A program made the translations under genes and the position numbers. Positions 50,160-63,825 of a stretch of 64,000 nt of DNA are shown here, one piece after another. This DNA comes from Eledone cirrhosa (taxonomy: Eukaryota). The stretch lies in NCBI GenBank assembly GCA_964016885.1, contig OZ024743.1, positions 368,900,001 to 368,964,000 of the forward strand, written 5' to 3'. Numbering within the stretch: the stretch's first letter is position 1; each line of letters opens with the position of its first letter. The notes under the pieces are model-generated. The model saw only the letters and a program-made list of their open reading frames with translations. It did no database searches and was not told the origin of the DNA.

Positions 50160-50590
50160 CACACATGCTGTAAAGTGGTTATTGATAGGAATGGCTATCA
50201 GCCATAGAACTCACCAAACAAAGGGTTGTGAGGACCCTTCAGTCATGTTGAGGACATAACATCCACTCTAGTGTTTGTAATTGACATGATAAATGCACAC
50301 AGTACATGCTGTAAAATGGTTGATGATAGGATGGGCATCTAGCTGTAGAAAGCTCACCAAACAAAGGGCTGGGAGACATGACAACCTCTCCTGAGCACCT
50401 GATAGAATGTAAGACTATATGTAAGTGAGATGCAGACACCCCAGCCTGTCTGGGAGGTCTGTAGCCCTGCTTCATTACTGACTTGGCCTATGTAGACCTA
50501 TCCAACCCTTGCTAACATGGAAAACGGATGCAAAACTTTCATGGTGATGAGGAGGAGAATGAAGAGGAAGGGGAGGATGATAACGATGAT
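50160..50590 (+). mobile_element. Partially duplicated short element with RTE-type 3' end
   Basis: ACATGCTGTAAA.TGGTT..GATAGGA..CTCACCAAACAAAGGG occurs twice; ends CCAACCCTTGCTAACATGGAAAACGGA. Confidence 0.6.
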
Positions 50591-51049
50591 GCTGACACTC
50601 ACACTGTCTCAGTACTTTAGTTAATAGATACACACCATCAACAAATGTACTGATAATGCAAATGAGTTAAATCAATGCTCAGAACATTTTTCATCAGTAG
50701 TTGTAATCTACTGTCTTTCTAGAATGAATACAATAGACATTACTGATGAGCCAACAAAACTAGTTGGGTTGTTCTCTGGTTCATTCTGCAGTGAGAGTTC
50801 AAGGAGATTCAGTGTAACACATTGCGTGACCATGCTGCCTTTTGACTTACAGGTACAGTTCATCCAATGGGATACAAACAGATTCCTTCTAGCCAATTTC
50901 ACTCACATGACATGGGGAAGCTAAGGCTATCATAAATGAATTTGCCCAAGATGCCATACAATGGAGTTGAACCCAGTATCTAATAATTGCAGAGCGAGTC
51001 TCTAAACTATTCAACAATGCTGCATCTACGCCTGTTACTAATACTTCTT

Positions 51050-51460
51050 CCTCTTCTTCTACACATCCATTACCAGTGCCATGGCAAAGTTCCTCTTCCA
51101 ACTCACCCTGGTCAGCATTGCTATCTAAACTTCTCTTGCCTCCAACTCAGTGTGATGTTTGGTCTACCAGCTTGTCTGCTTACATTTGGTTTCCAGAGAA
51201 CTCTTCGATTGTGATGTTTCACATGCATCTGACTACTGTGAGTCTCATATGCATTATGATGTGAAAAGGGTGAAGGTGTGAGCCGTAGAGTGATTTATTG
51301 GCTATGTATTGTCCAAGAGACACTCTGGAGCTTTTGTCAGCTTTCACGTGAATAGGCTATTAATCCTCTTTATGAGTGTTTTTGTTAGTGACCATGATCC
51401 GCATCTGTAGAAAAGAATGGATTCAACCATTGCTTTGAATAACTTCATTTTTATTGTTTT
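51050..51460 (-). mobile_element. Degenerate RTE/RTEX-like LINE 3' end
   Basis: Minus strand reads KLFKAMVESILFY.CGSWSLTK, NKSLYG and VLWKPN..QAGRP. Confidence 0.6.
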
Positions 51461-51800
51461 CGTGGAAGTTAGGAGCTCCTTCATGCTTTAGGAAGTTAAG
51501 AGCTCCTTCATGCCTTTCCTATCCTGCTGTCAACATCATGCTCTGTATTCATGGGACTGCCAAGGTATAAGAAGTCATCCACTTCAATCTCCAAAATCTC
51601 TAGAAAGCATGACTCTTTGTAAAAACTCTTTTAAAACTGTATTTTTCTCTCTCTGGTATATTGTTGAGTATTTTAAGAAAATAATCAGAGCAGTTATATT
51701 TCTTCATAATTTTTCTTTACTATATCACAGAGACTTGGTAGAGTGGCTTTATGAAGATGGTTTTTAACTGTAGCTTTCATCGACATTATTTCAAAACTTG

Positions 51801-51982
51801 GTGAATTGGCAGTATCGGTAGAGGGTCGGACACCATGCTTTGATGCATAGAGTTACGGCCCTTGCCATTTTGAGTTCAAATCCCACCGAGGTCAACTTTG
51901 CCTTTCATCCTTACGGGGTCGATAAAATAAAGTACCAGTAATGTACTGGGTAATTGCTGGCCTTGAGCCAATAGTAGAAACA
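51801..51982 (+). mobile_element. Family-A SINE, 16-bp TSD
   Basis: ATTATTTCAAAACTTG at 51785-51800 and 51983-51998. Confidence 0.95.
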
Positions 51983-52984
51983 ATTATTTCAAAACTTGCT
52001 ACAGATAGTGCACATGTGTATGCGAGAGAGACCCCTTTTCTTTTTCCTTTTTTTTTTCTATGTAGGGTAAGGTAAATCGAGAGAGTTTCTAAGGCATTTG
52101 TTTTGGTTCACTGCATTCTGAGTTCAAATTCCCCGAAGGGTTGATAAATAAAATACCTCTTTTAATCTCTCTCTCACAAACACACATATACAGAATGCAC
52201 AGTTGCTAGCTGTCAGTTTGGTCTGCATTCACAATCTTTACTGGCTAAAGACTTTAATTATGACACTAAAAGATTTTTAAAAAAGATATTTTATTGAAAA
52301 ATTATTTAGAATTCCTTTCTGAATTTTTTACACATATTTATTCATGTAACTGTTGGTGTAGAACATTTCTATACCATCACTTTAATCTGATTAACTTCCT
52401 CTAACTTTACTATTTTACCAGCAAAGACATATAGAAAGGATTAATCTTCATTATCACCATCATCAGTTTTGGTTATGATCACGATCCTAATCTTCCTCCT
52501 CTTCATCATCATTGCAACCACAATCACTGTTCTTCTCCTCCTCAACTCTATCCTTCCCCTCATCTAAACTTCTCTTCTTCACCACCACCACTACAACCAC
52601 ACTTAATATCATCATTTTCACTACTATTGGAATTATTTCATTTCAGTTACCCTACCAACAATACCACTAATACTAACCACGATCATCTATACACTAAAGG
52701 TCAGTTGTACTTCTAATAAATAATTGTACTTGCATAAATAATTTCTAAATGAACCTATTTTCTCATTACTGCTGACTCATGTTAAGCTATATATATGGAA
52801 ATTAGCTTAATTACATATGTAGATTCTATTGGGTGGGTGGTTGGCAGAATCATTGGACAGGCAGAAAACATGCTTTTCGATATATATTGCTTTTTTATTG
52901 TTGTTGCTTTTTTGTTGTTGTTGTTTTCAGTTCAAATCCTGCTGAGGGCAACTTTCACCTTTCACCCTTCACTTATTCTTAGGA

Positions 52985-53195
52985 GGGTGGTGGGCAGAGT
53001 CCTCAAGCATGCCATCTAGTTGGTCCTGTCAGAAGCAACTGTCTCCAACAGATCCAGCTGGATCTCCAAACAAAGACCAGCCAAACTCATGGATGTTGGT
53101 TAGGGTCTACATCTGGTTCTCCTGCCAGTTGATTTTGCCTATAAAATCTTTCTTGAAAGATTCTAACCACATGTCCATAATATTGGAGCTGTAAT
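52985..53195. repeat. Unclassified dispersed repeat, copy 2
   Basis: Similar to 47925-48190. Confidence 0.7.
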
Positions 53196-53705
53196 CTCTC
53201 AAATAAAAGGCAAATTTAATCAACTGCCAATCTGTGACAACATGCAGTTGGTTATAGTAAAGGTCAAAATTTTAGCCAACCACGGGGCTATGATGATAGA
53301 GGAGGTGACACATTACTTGGAGTAGATACATTACTGTCACATCAATAATATCTATCCATGTATGCATATATGGGCCTGTAACACCTGATGGAGTTGTAGG
53401 AGTGCTGTCATCCATTGGGGCACTTTAAATCTGGCAAAGCCCATCCTTTCTCCAGGGAAGGAGAGAAAGAGAGAGTGAATGAGAGAGTAGAAGTGAAAAA
53501 AGATATATAGTGAAAGTAAGAATCAACCTTAGTACTGGACTGATACTTTATTTATCAACTTCCAAAAGGATGAAAGGTGAAGTTGATCTCAGCAGGATTA
53601 GAACTCAGAGACACAGAGAGCAGCTGAAATGAATACCGCAAAGCATTTCATTCAATGTTCTAATGATTGTTAATTCATCATCTTAATATCAATCAGCAAT
53701 ACCCT

Positions 53706-54850
53706 ATACAGAGTGACTAAAAGAAACTGGCCCCATTTTAATTTTTATCAACATTATTTATTATTTCACAAAAACTGATGAAACTCTGTTCAAACCATTA
53801 AAAGCAACATAACTAAAATTCACTATCTATTGATGTTTCTGTCCAGAGTTACAGTACATATACCAAGTGATCCCCATTTGAATTCATTCATTTTTTTAGG
53901 CACATAGTCATTGTCGGATGTAGGACAAATGAGGCCCTGTGCTAATTAAGTTATGAGGCTCCTTACTTGGGCACTGATGGTAAATCCAGCACTGCACATA
54001 GTGAAGTTTAGCATAATGTCTCTACAAACAGACCTAGGGAAGGCTCTGATGTTTTCTTTTAGTTCAGTGATGGTTCTTGGTTTGTTGACACACACTCAAT
54101 TCTTCAGATAGCTCTAAAGAAAGCAGGGGGGGGGGTCATGAAACAAGGATGTGGGAAACCCACACAAAATCAGTCTTTAAACTGATCACATGATTTCCAA
54201 TTAGCAGTAACATCATTTTCTTAAAAGAAGAATGAGCCAATCAACCTTCTCTCAGAAATGGCAGCCCAGATAGTACATTTAACTGAGGAGAGAGATTTCA
54301 CAGCCACTTCTGTAGGTTTCTCTGACTCCCAGAACACATTGTTCTTAGAGTTGATCATCCCATCTAAGTGAAAGGGACTTCAGCAGATGCAGAAAATTTG
54401 GGTTGTTTTTCATTTTCTCCAGCATTTTCTCAGCCATAGCCTTTCTCTTGGCATTATCAACTACAGTAGCTTTTGTTTAGTCTGTATTCTGTATGAGTAC
54501 TTCTTAAGATTCTTTTTAACAACTCTTTTGCAAGTTTCTATGGAGGGACCCAAGGATTGTCTTCTGTGCAGTGATCTTCAACAGAGTCATGGGCCATGAC
54601 AATAATGTCCTGTGCATGCTTCCTTGGTCATCCAGAGTGGGTAGGACAGTCCTCAGACAGTGTATTAAGGTTCTTCACTGTTCTATATGTCTCAAACTTC
54701 TTCTCCCAGTTTTATATATTGGCTTTGAAGGGAGTTTTGTCCATTCTAAACAGTGCATGAATTGTTCATAGACCTGCTTGTACGGGCCACATTTATAGTA
54801 GTGTTTCACACAGAAAATCCAATGCCAGGCTTTTTTGTAAATTTATGAAA
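53706..54850 (-). mobile_element. Degenerate Tc1/mariner-superfamily transposon (transposase pseudogene)
   Basis: Minus-strand pieces IFCVKHYYK, HLDGMINSKNNVFW and SYLKN.V.VNKPRTITELKENI; terminus TA-CAGAGTGACT at about 53708. Confidence 0.7.
53909..53994. mobile_element. 86-bp hAT-type MITE nested in the Tc1 relic
   Basis: TSD CACATAGT at 53901-53908 and 53995-54002; ends CATTGTCGGATGTA / TAAATCCAGCACTG. Confidence 0.75.
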
Positions 54851-55445
54851 TGATTTTGAGATATTGAGATAATCAGGCTGCAGATTGGCAGACTTGTTAG
54901 AACATTGGATTAAGAACCTCATTATTTGTCGCAGTACTCAGTTCAAATCCTCTAGAGATCAACTTTACCTTTCATCCTGTCAGGAACGATGAATAAAGTA
55001 TCAGTTAATGGGTAGTAGATAGGTGGAACTATTAAAGAGTTGATACATGTTCCTGTTCTATGTGTTCTGAGCCCAAGTCTCACTTCCTCTAACCATAAAA
55101 GTAGTGTGGTTTATGTCATGAGTTATGAGTAGCAGATAGTGACAGCAATGGAAACACTAATGGAAATATAGTTTCTTCCTTGGTTTGATCTGATGATCAG
55201 CACCTGAGAATTATCAATATCATTCTGATTTATTCAGACTAGTGCCCTCATCTTTATAGTCACAAAATTTCTGCTGCTGTAATTTCTGAACTTCATTGAG
55301 TGCCTATCATATTTGAATACAACAGGTACCAGAAAAAGGCCAGAGAATACAGCAGTTGTACTGTAGTGATTATAATGACCAAGAGGAAGACATTGGTCCA
55401 AAATAAATCAGTGTATGATATCATATAATATTATATCAAATATAT

Positions 55446-55632
55446 GGCGGTGGATTGGCAGTATCAGTAGAGGGTCGGATGCCATGCTTTGACGCATAGA
55501 GTTACAGCCCTTGCCATTCTGAGTTCAAATCCCGCCGAGGTTAACTTTGCCTTTCATCCTTACGGAGTCGATAAAATAAAGTACCAGTAATGCACTGGGT
55601 AATTGCTGGCCTTGTGCCAAAAAGTGGAAACA
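55446..55632 (+). mobile_element. Family-A SINE, full length, ~16-bp TSD
   Basis: ATTATAT(C/T)AAATATA on both sides; A and B boxes present. Confidence 0.95.
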
Positions 55633-56139
55633 ATTATATTAAATATATAATATTATATTAAAATAATTAAATTGAAAATGTCTGATGATGCGGTGGTATG
55701 GAAAACAAAGTAAACAAGATTCCAATTCTTCTTTATGACCTTATATATAGGTTAAGCAAAAGAGAAAGAAGGGCTATATTGACGACTTTTGAGTGGCCTC
55801 TCAGCATGTGTACATTTAATGTAATTTTTTCAAGGCTGGCCCCATGACAAGGCTGGCCCTTTGAAGAACAGGTGTAGTTTATTTAACAGGCTTCCAAGCT
55901 ATTTCTATCTACCCCATTTCACTCACAAAGCATAGGTCAATGTGAGACTAAGGTAAATGACCCTTGCCCAAAATGTCACACAGTGGGATTTAACCTGGGA
56001 CCTAATGATTGTGAAGCAAACTTTTTAACTATTTGGCCATGCTGAGTCCATTCAACAGTAGAAGATGTAACAAAAGACACATTATTGATATAGTGCATCA
56101 CTTATCCCAGTGTTTATTTACTGTCCACACTCACATCTT

Positions 56140-56428
56140 AGTGGAGCCTAAGTCTGTCTCAAGCCTGGAGGCTCATCAGGCTGATGCTTATCCCGGTTTC
56201 CATGATGTGAAGTGACTGAGAGTACAAAACTCCCCCATGGACCTGATGCCAGTCCATCGAGGAGTTAATCCCCAGCTATTGCTGGTATTCATTTTCAACT
56301 GAGTATACTTGAACAATGTGAAATGAAGTATTTTGCTCAAGAACACAACACTCAACCCAATCCAGGAATCGAACCCGCAATATTATGATCATAAGTGCAA
56401 CGCCCTTACAACTAGGCTACATGCCTCA
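56140..56428 (-). mobile_element. tRNA-derived CORE-like SINE
   Basis: Minus strand TAGCCTAGTTG..GGGTTCGATTCC (B box), then TTGTGTTCTTGAGCAAAATACTTCATTTCAC. Confidence 0.8.
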
Positions 56429-57149
56429 TATCTTAGTGGAGTGGACCAGTATGAATTATATTTCTTAGCCATAGACATTACTTTTAATCTATTTCCTGTT
56501 TTACCACCATGACCTAAACCTTGGACACCTTTAACAGAGTCCATTATTTTGCAAGCATTCAGTGCAAGTATCTGGTTTCAAGGCATCTTTGTTCTTTTAG
56601 CTTACCCATCTTAGAGACCCTGTTAAGGACCATGTATACTCTCTTTCTTCCTCTGATGAAATTATATATTTAAAAACTTTAAAAACTTTTACCAGTGACA
56701 TAATATGAATCATCAACTGTCTTATAGTACAATTATGGTAGTGACTCAGTCATTTGTTATATACCATGTAAGTTATAAAGTATGCAAATAATATACACTA
56801 GTTCTATTGATATACGTTCAAACAATTAAAGAAGAATTAGGTATTTTTTATGTCTAACACATCACAGGGAGAAACAACAAAAAGGTATTGAAGTTATCTG
56901 TTATAAAGAATTAAAACTTGATATCTTAGTCTCCTTTGATGTCAGATATATTTCACAAAGAAACCTTTATACGTAAACACATACAGGTGTTATAATTTGA
57001 TAATAATGCACTTGTTTTTCTTTTTTTAGCATGTTACAAGCAAGCATAACAAGAAAAATAAATCCCATTTTAGGCTGTTCTGGTATAGAGAAGAGACTGG
57101 GTGTGTGGGATAGGCATTAGGTAGGATATGGAGAGTGAATCTGTGTGGG

Positions 57150-57153
<4 letters not shown>

Positions 57154-57201
<48 letters not shown>
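57154..57201. repeat. (CT)n microsatellite
   Basis: Direct reading. Confidence 0.95.
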
Positions 57202-57204
<3 letters not shown>

Positions 57205-58530
57205 ACTATCAATCGCTAGTGATTATAACCACTTTCATTGTTATTTAACCATCGCCCACCAGGCATCCCTTTTTATGATTTAGGGGTGGCCATGTCATTA
57301 AGGTTATATCAGTTTGTTTTATTTTACAGATTTCTGTTTATAGAGTTCTGGTAACATGGGAAAGACGACCTCATTTTCTTTCTTTGCTCTTCAGGTATTT
57401 ATGAGTACAAGATTTATTTGTTTTTTAGATAACATTCATGTAACATTATGAAGCTGTGAAATTTCTTCATCTGACCCTAATTTAATGTCCAATTTTTATA
57501 CAAAAGAGTGAATACGGAAACTGCACTAAAGATCTTGTACATGATTCTGGTTGAACTATCATGATTGTTCCATAGCTATAGAAGCAGTCATCCAAATACT
57601 GAGCTTGTCTCTTGTAATTCAGCATCAATATGTCTGTTTTTTCAATATTGTACTGCAAAGAGTTCAAATTCCACTGAGGTCAACTTTGCGTTTCATCCTT
57701 CCGGTGTTAATAAGTATCAGTCAAGTACTGGGGTCAATTAAATCAACTTTACCTTTCCACTAAATTTGCTGGTCTTGTAGCTAAATTAAAAATCAATATG
57801 TACAATACTGCCAAGATACATAAAATCATTTTCAGATAAATGCTTCCAATTCTGATACTTTTTTCATGTATTGACAAAAAGTTTGTCTAGAATAGTTCTC
57901 CCTTTATTTCATTTCGTGATTCTTTTTTCATTTTCTTCTTTTCATTTTTTATTTTTTCCTTTCTTTTTTTTTTGTTCCCTTTAATAGTGTGTTTTGTTTT
58001 TATAGTTCTTCTGTCTTTTCTATATTTATCTTGAGACAAAATTGGGGTGTAGCTAGTAATATTTGACCAAATTTTAATAGAAGGCGAGTAATGTTAAACC
58101 AAATGTGGAGAGAGGGCAAATAATATCAAACCAAATGCCAAATTTGGGTGGGAGTAGGAACCAAGTAATATTTGACCAAATTTGGATGTGGATAGAACGC
58201 CACAAATATTATGAAGAGACAATATTAGAAGGGAAAAAGTAGAAGGTTCACCAGTTCTCTTATTGACTTTATTAAGACATACTCAATATTTTTCTCAGCT
58301 ATCAAAAACAGGAATCAATTGCTATGTGGCTGCTCAACTTGCTAGGAATATCAGCCACATCTTCCTAACCTAGGATCACTTTATCTAAGATGTTCTTCTC
58401 CTATTAAGATGGTATTTAAATCAGGAGATTTTAAAAGGAGATTTATCATTGTAAAATTGAGGTGGTTTTAGCAGGTGGGTAACCAAAGGGTTAAAATCTA
58501 TATTCTAACCCTTTTCTGATTGCGAGATTA

Positions 58531-58912
58531 CCATATATACTTGAATATAAGTCACTATTTTATGTCTGAAAAATATGCAAAAATCTGTGTATAAGCCGAG
58601 GCAACTATTATATTTACTTGGTTTGTTTTGAGATTCTCATGAGTGGAGAAGTGTTGTTTAGAGTATAGTTTTCGTTTCACAACTCCATTACGTAATGATT
58701 TTTATCAATTTCCAACTGTTTTGAAGGCCATATTCTTTCAAAACAAAAATCAATAGAAATTTTACCTTCAAAGTGAAACCAATGTAATATTAATTTCCAA
58801 AATGAAAATATTTTAGCAACTCATTGGTGAAAATTGGCAAAATATTGACCTCTCTATTTTACCATCTATTTTTTTGTCACATGTTTCTCACATTATATAT
58901 GAGTATATACGG
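58531..58912. mobile_element. Tc2/pogo-like MITE with TA TSD
   Basis: TA|CCATATATACTTGAATATAA ... TTATATATGAGTATATACGG|TA; second copy at 31686-32207. Confidence 0.8.
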
Positions 58913-59389
58913 TAATTTTGAAATAGTTCCCTTTGTGTAAAATACATTCTTTCAATACACAAAATTATTTGTATTTCGCACATTCTAATATTGTAAAACT
59001 AATACAAAAACTGATAATATGCCGAGATGTCAACTCCAGCTGTTCTTTTTTTTTCTATTTTGGTGCGGTTGGGGTATGGGCAGATGTACTCAATCTACTT
59101 TTATTTAAGCAGTGAAGCCATGAACTTAAAACCTTGAGATAGACATTGAGAGGTTTTTATATCTCTTTACTTACACTTTGTTGACCTAGTGACCAAACAA
59201 TTGTATTAAATCACTATTGAACTATGTCCTAATATATAACTATTGTTTTTTTTGTTTTGTTTAAACTAAGTAATCCGATATATAATATTTGAAACAAAGA
59301 TATTAGTAAACTCATAAAAACAATAGTGACTTTGAATTTAAACATTAGTTTGGCTTGTACTGACAGATCAGTGCAAACGTTTCATACCT

Positions 59390-59534
59390 TCTACTTTTGG
59401 CACAAGGCCAGCAATTATCCCAGTGCATTACTGGTGCTTTATTTTATCAACACCGTAAGGATGAAAGGCAAAGTTAACCTCGGCGGGATTTGAACTCAGA
59501 CCGTAAAGGGTCGTAACTCTATACTGCCAATCCA
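59390..59534 (-). mobile_element. Family-A SINE with an internal deletion, adjacent to (TAA)n
   Basis: Same B box, central domain and 3' end as other copies. Confidence 0.9.
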
Positions 59535-59549
59535 ATAATGATAATGATG

Positions 59550-59597
<48 letters not shown>
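59535..59597. repeat. (TAA)n microsatellite
   Basis: Direct reading. Confidence 0.95.
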
Positions 59598-59745
59598 GTG
59601 GAGGCACATGGCTTAGTGGTTAGAGCATTGGCCTTGCAATCGAAAGGTTGTGAGTTCAATTCTCAGGCTGGGTGATGTGTTGTTTCCTTGAGCAAGACAC
59701 TTTATTTCACATTGCTCCAGTTTACTCAGCTGTAGAAATGAGATA
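59598..59745 (+). mobile_element. tRNA-derived CORE-like SINE, 5' half
   Basis: A box TGGCTTAGTGG, B box GAGTTCAATTC, then CCTTGAGCAAGACACTTTATTTCAC. Confidence 0.85.
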
Positions 59746-59772
59746 ATAGGGACTGGGGTCCTTATCATTCCA

Positions 59773-59936
59773 TTGCAAAGTGGTCGTGTAGGTGCCACGG
59801 CAAAAAAGCACCCAGCACTCACTGTAAATGAGGTTGGTGTTAGGAAGGGCATCCAGCTGTAGAAATCAAGCCAGCATCAGTTCCCGTCCCACCCTTGCAA
59901 GCAGGGAAAAAGCGGACGTAAAATGAAATGATGATG
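59773..59936 (+). mobile_element. RTE LINE 3' UTR fragment
   Basis: Near-identical to about 44345-44450, followed by a GAT tail. Confidence 0.85.
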
Positions 59937-61019
59937 AATAATGAAAATTATTGTGTACAGTGCACTACAACTAATCAAAGGTGTATGTATAATGCATAGA
60001 ATTATGAACAAATGTGATATAAACACAGATACATGCAAGCATGTGTATGGAGGGGGAATATCAAGTGTAGTATTGGTGAATTTCAGGAAGCATGGAAGTT
60101 TTGAAGGATGCAGTGTCCCGACAGCTAATAACTGATGCATGTAGTTTGTTCCATGCTTCAGCAACTCTGACTGTGAAAAAATGTTTCCGAAGGTCATGGG
60201 AGTTGTGCTGTTTTCTGATTTTGTAGACATGCCCATAGGTGTTAAACACATGACATTCAAAAAGGTGCTCAGGGTCGTTGTTGGCAAGATGGTTGATAAT
60301 TTTGTGGATGTTTACCAAGTCAGTTGCCAGACGTCGGAGCTTTAATGGCATTCAGAGTATGGTAGATGCTTTATGGAGAGTATTTGCTTGGTAACAAATC
60401 TCTGAACAGTTTCCAGGAGATCAATATTCTGAGCAAGATAGGGGTTCCAGACTGGTGATGCTAATTCTAAATGTGACCACACCATAGCTATTTACAGCTT
60501 TAAATAGATAGCTGGAGAGCGGCTGACAAAGGTCTTACTGAGTGATGCCAAGACACCCTCGGCCTTCTTGACAATTTTAGAAATGTGTTTTGTCCAACAC
60601 AAATCACTGCTAACAGTAATGCCAAGGTCTCATTCACAAGAAGACTTCTTGAAATTAGTGTTGTGGAGGAAGTGTGTGAACGCTGGATGTTTCCTCCCCA
60701 AATGCATGGTGATACACTTGTCCACAAGCAGCTCAAGTTACCAGTCCATGATCCTTTGCTGCATTGTGCAGGAAAGATCTATAGTGTTCAAGATCTGTCC
60801 TTTTGATCCCAAGGTACAGCTTGATGTTATCTGTATATTTCAGCACTGTGGCATTCTTTAAGTTGGAATCTATATTATTATTATATGCAACAAACAAAAT
60901 GAGACCAAGAACAGATCCCTGCAGTACACCAGATGTCATCTCATAGGGTGAAGAATGCTGTCCTAGAACCATGACTGCCTCTTTTCTGAGAATGAAAGAC
61001 TTCAACCAGTTATAAAGAT
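59937..61019 (-). mobile_element. CR1-like LINE, 3' part of RT to tail, interrupted by the LTR element
   Basis: SGVLQGSVLG and LKYTDNIKL (YADD position) in ORF 60733-61047; RKHFFTVRVAEAWNKL in ORF 60061-60351. Confidence 0.88.
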
Positions 61020-61434
61020 TGTAGTGACCTACATTCCGAGGGCTCATGGATACATTCTCTGTGTGTTGTTTGGCTCAATTCAGCCAATCACCACCAGCGT
61101 AGGAGACTGTATCTCGACTTCCGCCCCAGAGGGAAAAATTCATAAATCTCTCTCTTGCTGCTTGGACTCTGACAGGTCAACACACAGTCATGTAACGGTG
61201 AGAATTTCACTTTGGCCTGTCAGCCTACTTAGGCCTTGGCACAATGCCACATTCACTTCTTAGCAATGTTTGTTCTTACTTTGACATGTCACTCAACTTA
61301 ACTCTTTGTAATTAGTTGTGAATAAAACGTAAAAAATGTTAACGAAGACTTTACGACTAATTCCACAAACATTCACTAATCTCACGTTTAACAAAACCAC
61401 ACCTTTCCTGTTACAACAAATACACATCATTATT

Positions 61435-61614
61435 GTGGTGGATTGGCAGTATCGGCAGTGTCAGACGCCATGCTTTGAAGCATAGAGTTACGGCCCTTCC
61501 CGTTCTGAGTTCATATCCCGTCAAGGTTAACTTTGCCTTTCATCACGGGGATGATAAAATAAAGTACCAGTAATGCACTGGGGAATTGCTGGCCTTGTGC
61601 CAAAAGTAGAAACA
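61435..61614 (+). mobile_element. Family-A SINE inside the 5' LTR
   Basis: A box TGGCAGTATCGG; 3' end GGCCTTGTGCCAAAAGTAGAAACA(ATT)n. Confidence 0.92.
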
Positions 61615-61661
61615 ATTATTATTATTCGTGTTGATATATTATTATAAGTTTTCTGCTAAAA

Positions 61662-61679
61662 TGGTGACCCCGATGTGAT
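61662..61679 (+). promoter_or_regulatory. Primer-binding site complementary to the 3' end of tRNA-Trp
   Basis: TGGTGACCCCGATGTGAT versus TGGTGACCCCGACGTGAT expected from recalled metazoan tRNA-Trp (17/18); 1 nt downstream of the 5' LTR. Confidence 0.85.
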
Positions 61680-63473
61680 ACTAAATGTTCCTTTAAAATA
61701 AAAAAAATTAGCAGTATTTCAAAAAATTTCAACACGAACATGAGAAAAAAATTTTCAAAATGGCTACCACCAAGTACTTCTCTACTACCAGCCATCAGCA
61801 GCAACTGACGCGGCATAGTGACACCTTTGTAGTTATACCGTCACACCACCACCACCACGGATAGCAGTCACATAAAGCTTCTGGTAACACATTAACCACT
61901 ACGGTGACTACCACAGCTTCGACACGGCTACAATGACAACTTCGGCGCCATCAGCAGCAGCGACAACTTTGGTTAACCACTAACCATAAACAACGCATGG
62001 TGAATTCGACTTCGATTCTACTGAAGATTTACTGTGACTTCGCTTCGATAGCAACAACAACAATTCTACTAGCTTACTAGTAAGAGCGACAATTATCCCA
62101 AAGAAATTTCAAAGAAAAGAAAAAGTGAACTTTTTGTTAAAAAAAAAATTCTTTCTTTCTTTTTTACAGGCAATGTTTGGACATTTATTTCTTTTAAACT
62201 GTATTATATGAAAATTCTTTTTTTTTTTCTATCATTGTATATATGACTGCACGCACACATTTTCTTTTCTGTATTACATGCCTGCATATGCACACACACC
62301 AACATGTTGTTGTCTATAGTATATGATCTTCAGGCATAACAACCTCCATCTTGTTACTTTACCCGACTCACTGGGAAAACAACAAATGAAACTGGACCTG
62401 TCAGCATTTCCACCATTTCTCCTATGGATTCGCCAGAATTATGGAATTACCGCTTCAACTACTACCCACCTACAGATTCAACTTGCTTTTTTTCTTTTCA
62501 AAGCAACTAGCCATTTTTTCCTGGCTACCTAGCACTTCCGGCAATTCATCTGGGAGGCCGACAATTTCTCGCCTACCCATCATCTTCTTGCCAGCTCTGC
62601 TACAACATTTACCATAACAGCTGCAGCTATACAGCTCTGCTATAATATTTACCATAACAGCTATGGTATAACACTTACCATACACAGCTATATAGCCCTG
62701 GTAAAGCATGAAGAGCACCATCATTGACAACAGCTACTGGTAAACTACCATAACAGCTTCATCCACAGCTCTGGTACAATACTTACCATAACAGCTAACA
62801 TTTAATGCAAGAACAGCAACTTTTCCCATGTCAGACTTTATCCGTTTTCTGTTAGACCCCGGTGGTCACGCATAAATAGCAAAACAGATAGTCATTTGAC
62901 ACAGCCGCGCAACACGGCCCTTAGCGCCTCATTTTTCTTCTTGCATGCATTCTTTTGTTCAATTTTTTCATTGATGTGCTCTCTTTCAGCATTTTTCCTG
63001 CTGATTAAGTTTTATATATTGTCTTGCAACTAGATAGGGGGTATTGTAGTGACCTACATTCCGAGGGCTCATGGATACATTCTCCGTGTGTTGTTTGGCT
63101 CAATTCAGCCAATTGCTGCCAGCGTAGGAGAATGTATCTCGACTTTCGCCCCAGAGGGAAAAATTCCCCCCGCGATTCATAAATCTCTCTCTTGTTGCTT
63201 GGACTCTGAAAGGTCAAGACACAGTCATGTAACGGTGAGAATTTCACTTTGGCCTGTCGGCCTACTTAGGCCTTGGCACAATGCTACATTCACTTCTCAA
63301 CTCTTAGCAATGTTTGTTCTTACTTTGACATGTCACTCAACTTAACTCTTTGTAATTAGTTGTGAAAAAAACATGTAAAAAATGTTCATGAAGACTTTAC
63401 GACTAATTCCACAAACATTCACTAATCTTACGTTTAACAAAACCACACCTTTCCTGTTACAACAAATACACAT

Positions 63474-63825
63474 CATGCTTTCTAGCATAGTTACGTCCCT
63501 TTACAGTCTGAGTTCAAATCCCGCCGAGGTTAACTTTGCCTTTCATCCTTATGGGGTAGATAAAATAAAGTACCAGTAATGTACTGGATAATTGCTGGCC
63601 TTGTGCCTAAAGTAGAAACAATTATTATTATTCGTGTTTGGACGTTGGATTGGCAGTATCGGTAGAGGGTCGAACGTTATGCTTTGCAGCACAGAGTTAC
63701 GCCCCTTTATGATCTGAGTTCAAATCCCGCCAAGGTTAACTTGCCTTTCATCCTTATGGGGTCGATAAAATAAAGTACCAGTAATGCACTGGGTAATTGC
63801 TGGTCTTGTGCCAAAAGTAGAAACA
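63474..63825 (+). mobile_element. Two tandem family-A SINEs inside the 3' LTR (63474-63620 truncated; 63639-63825)
   Basis: The second copy is flanked by ATTATTATTATTC(G/A)TGTT at 63621-63638 and 63826-63843. Confidence 0.92.

Noticed and set aside
50700-51270. Host exons suggested by several overlapping short ORFs
   Set aside because: No recognisable protein; the right part is explained by an RTE/RTEX-like relic on the minus strand.
59598-59690. tRNA gene (also the heads of the other SINE copies)
   Set aside because: A and B boxes are present but no clean cloverleaf or T-run terminator is evident, and the sequence continues into a SINE body.
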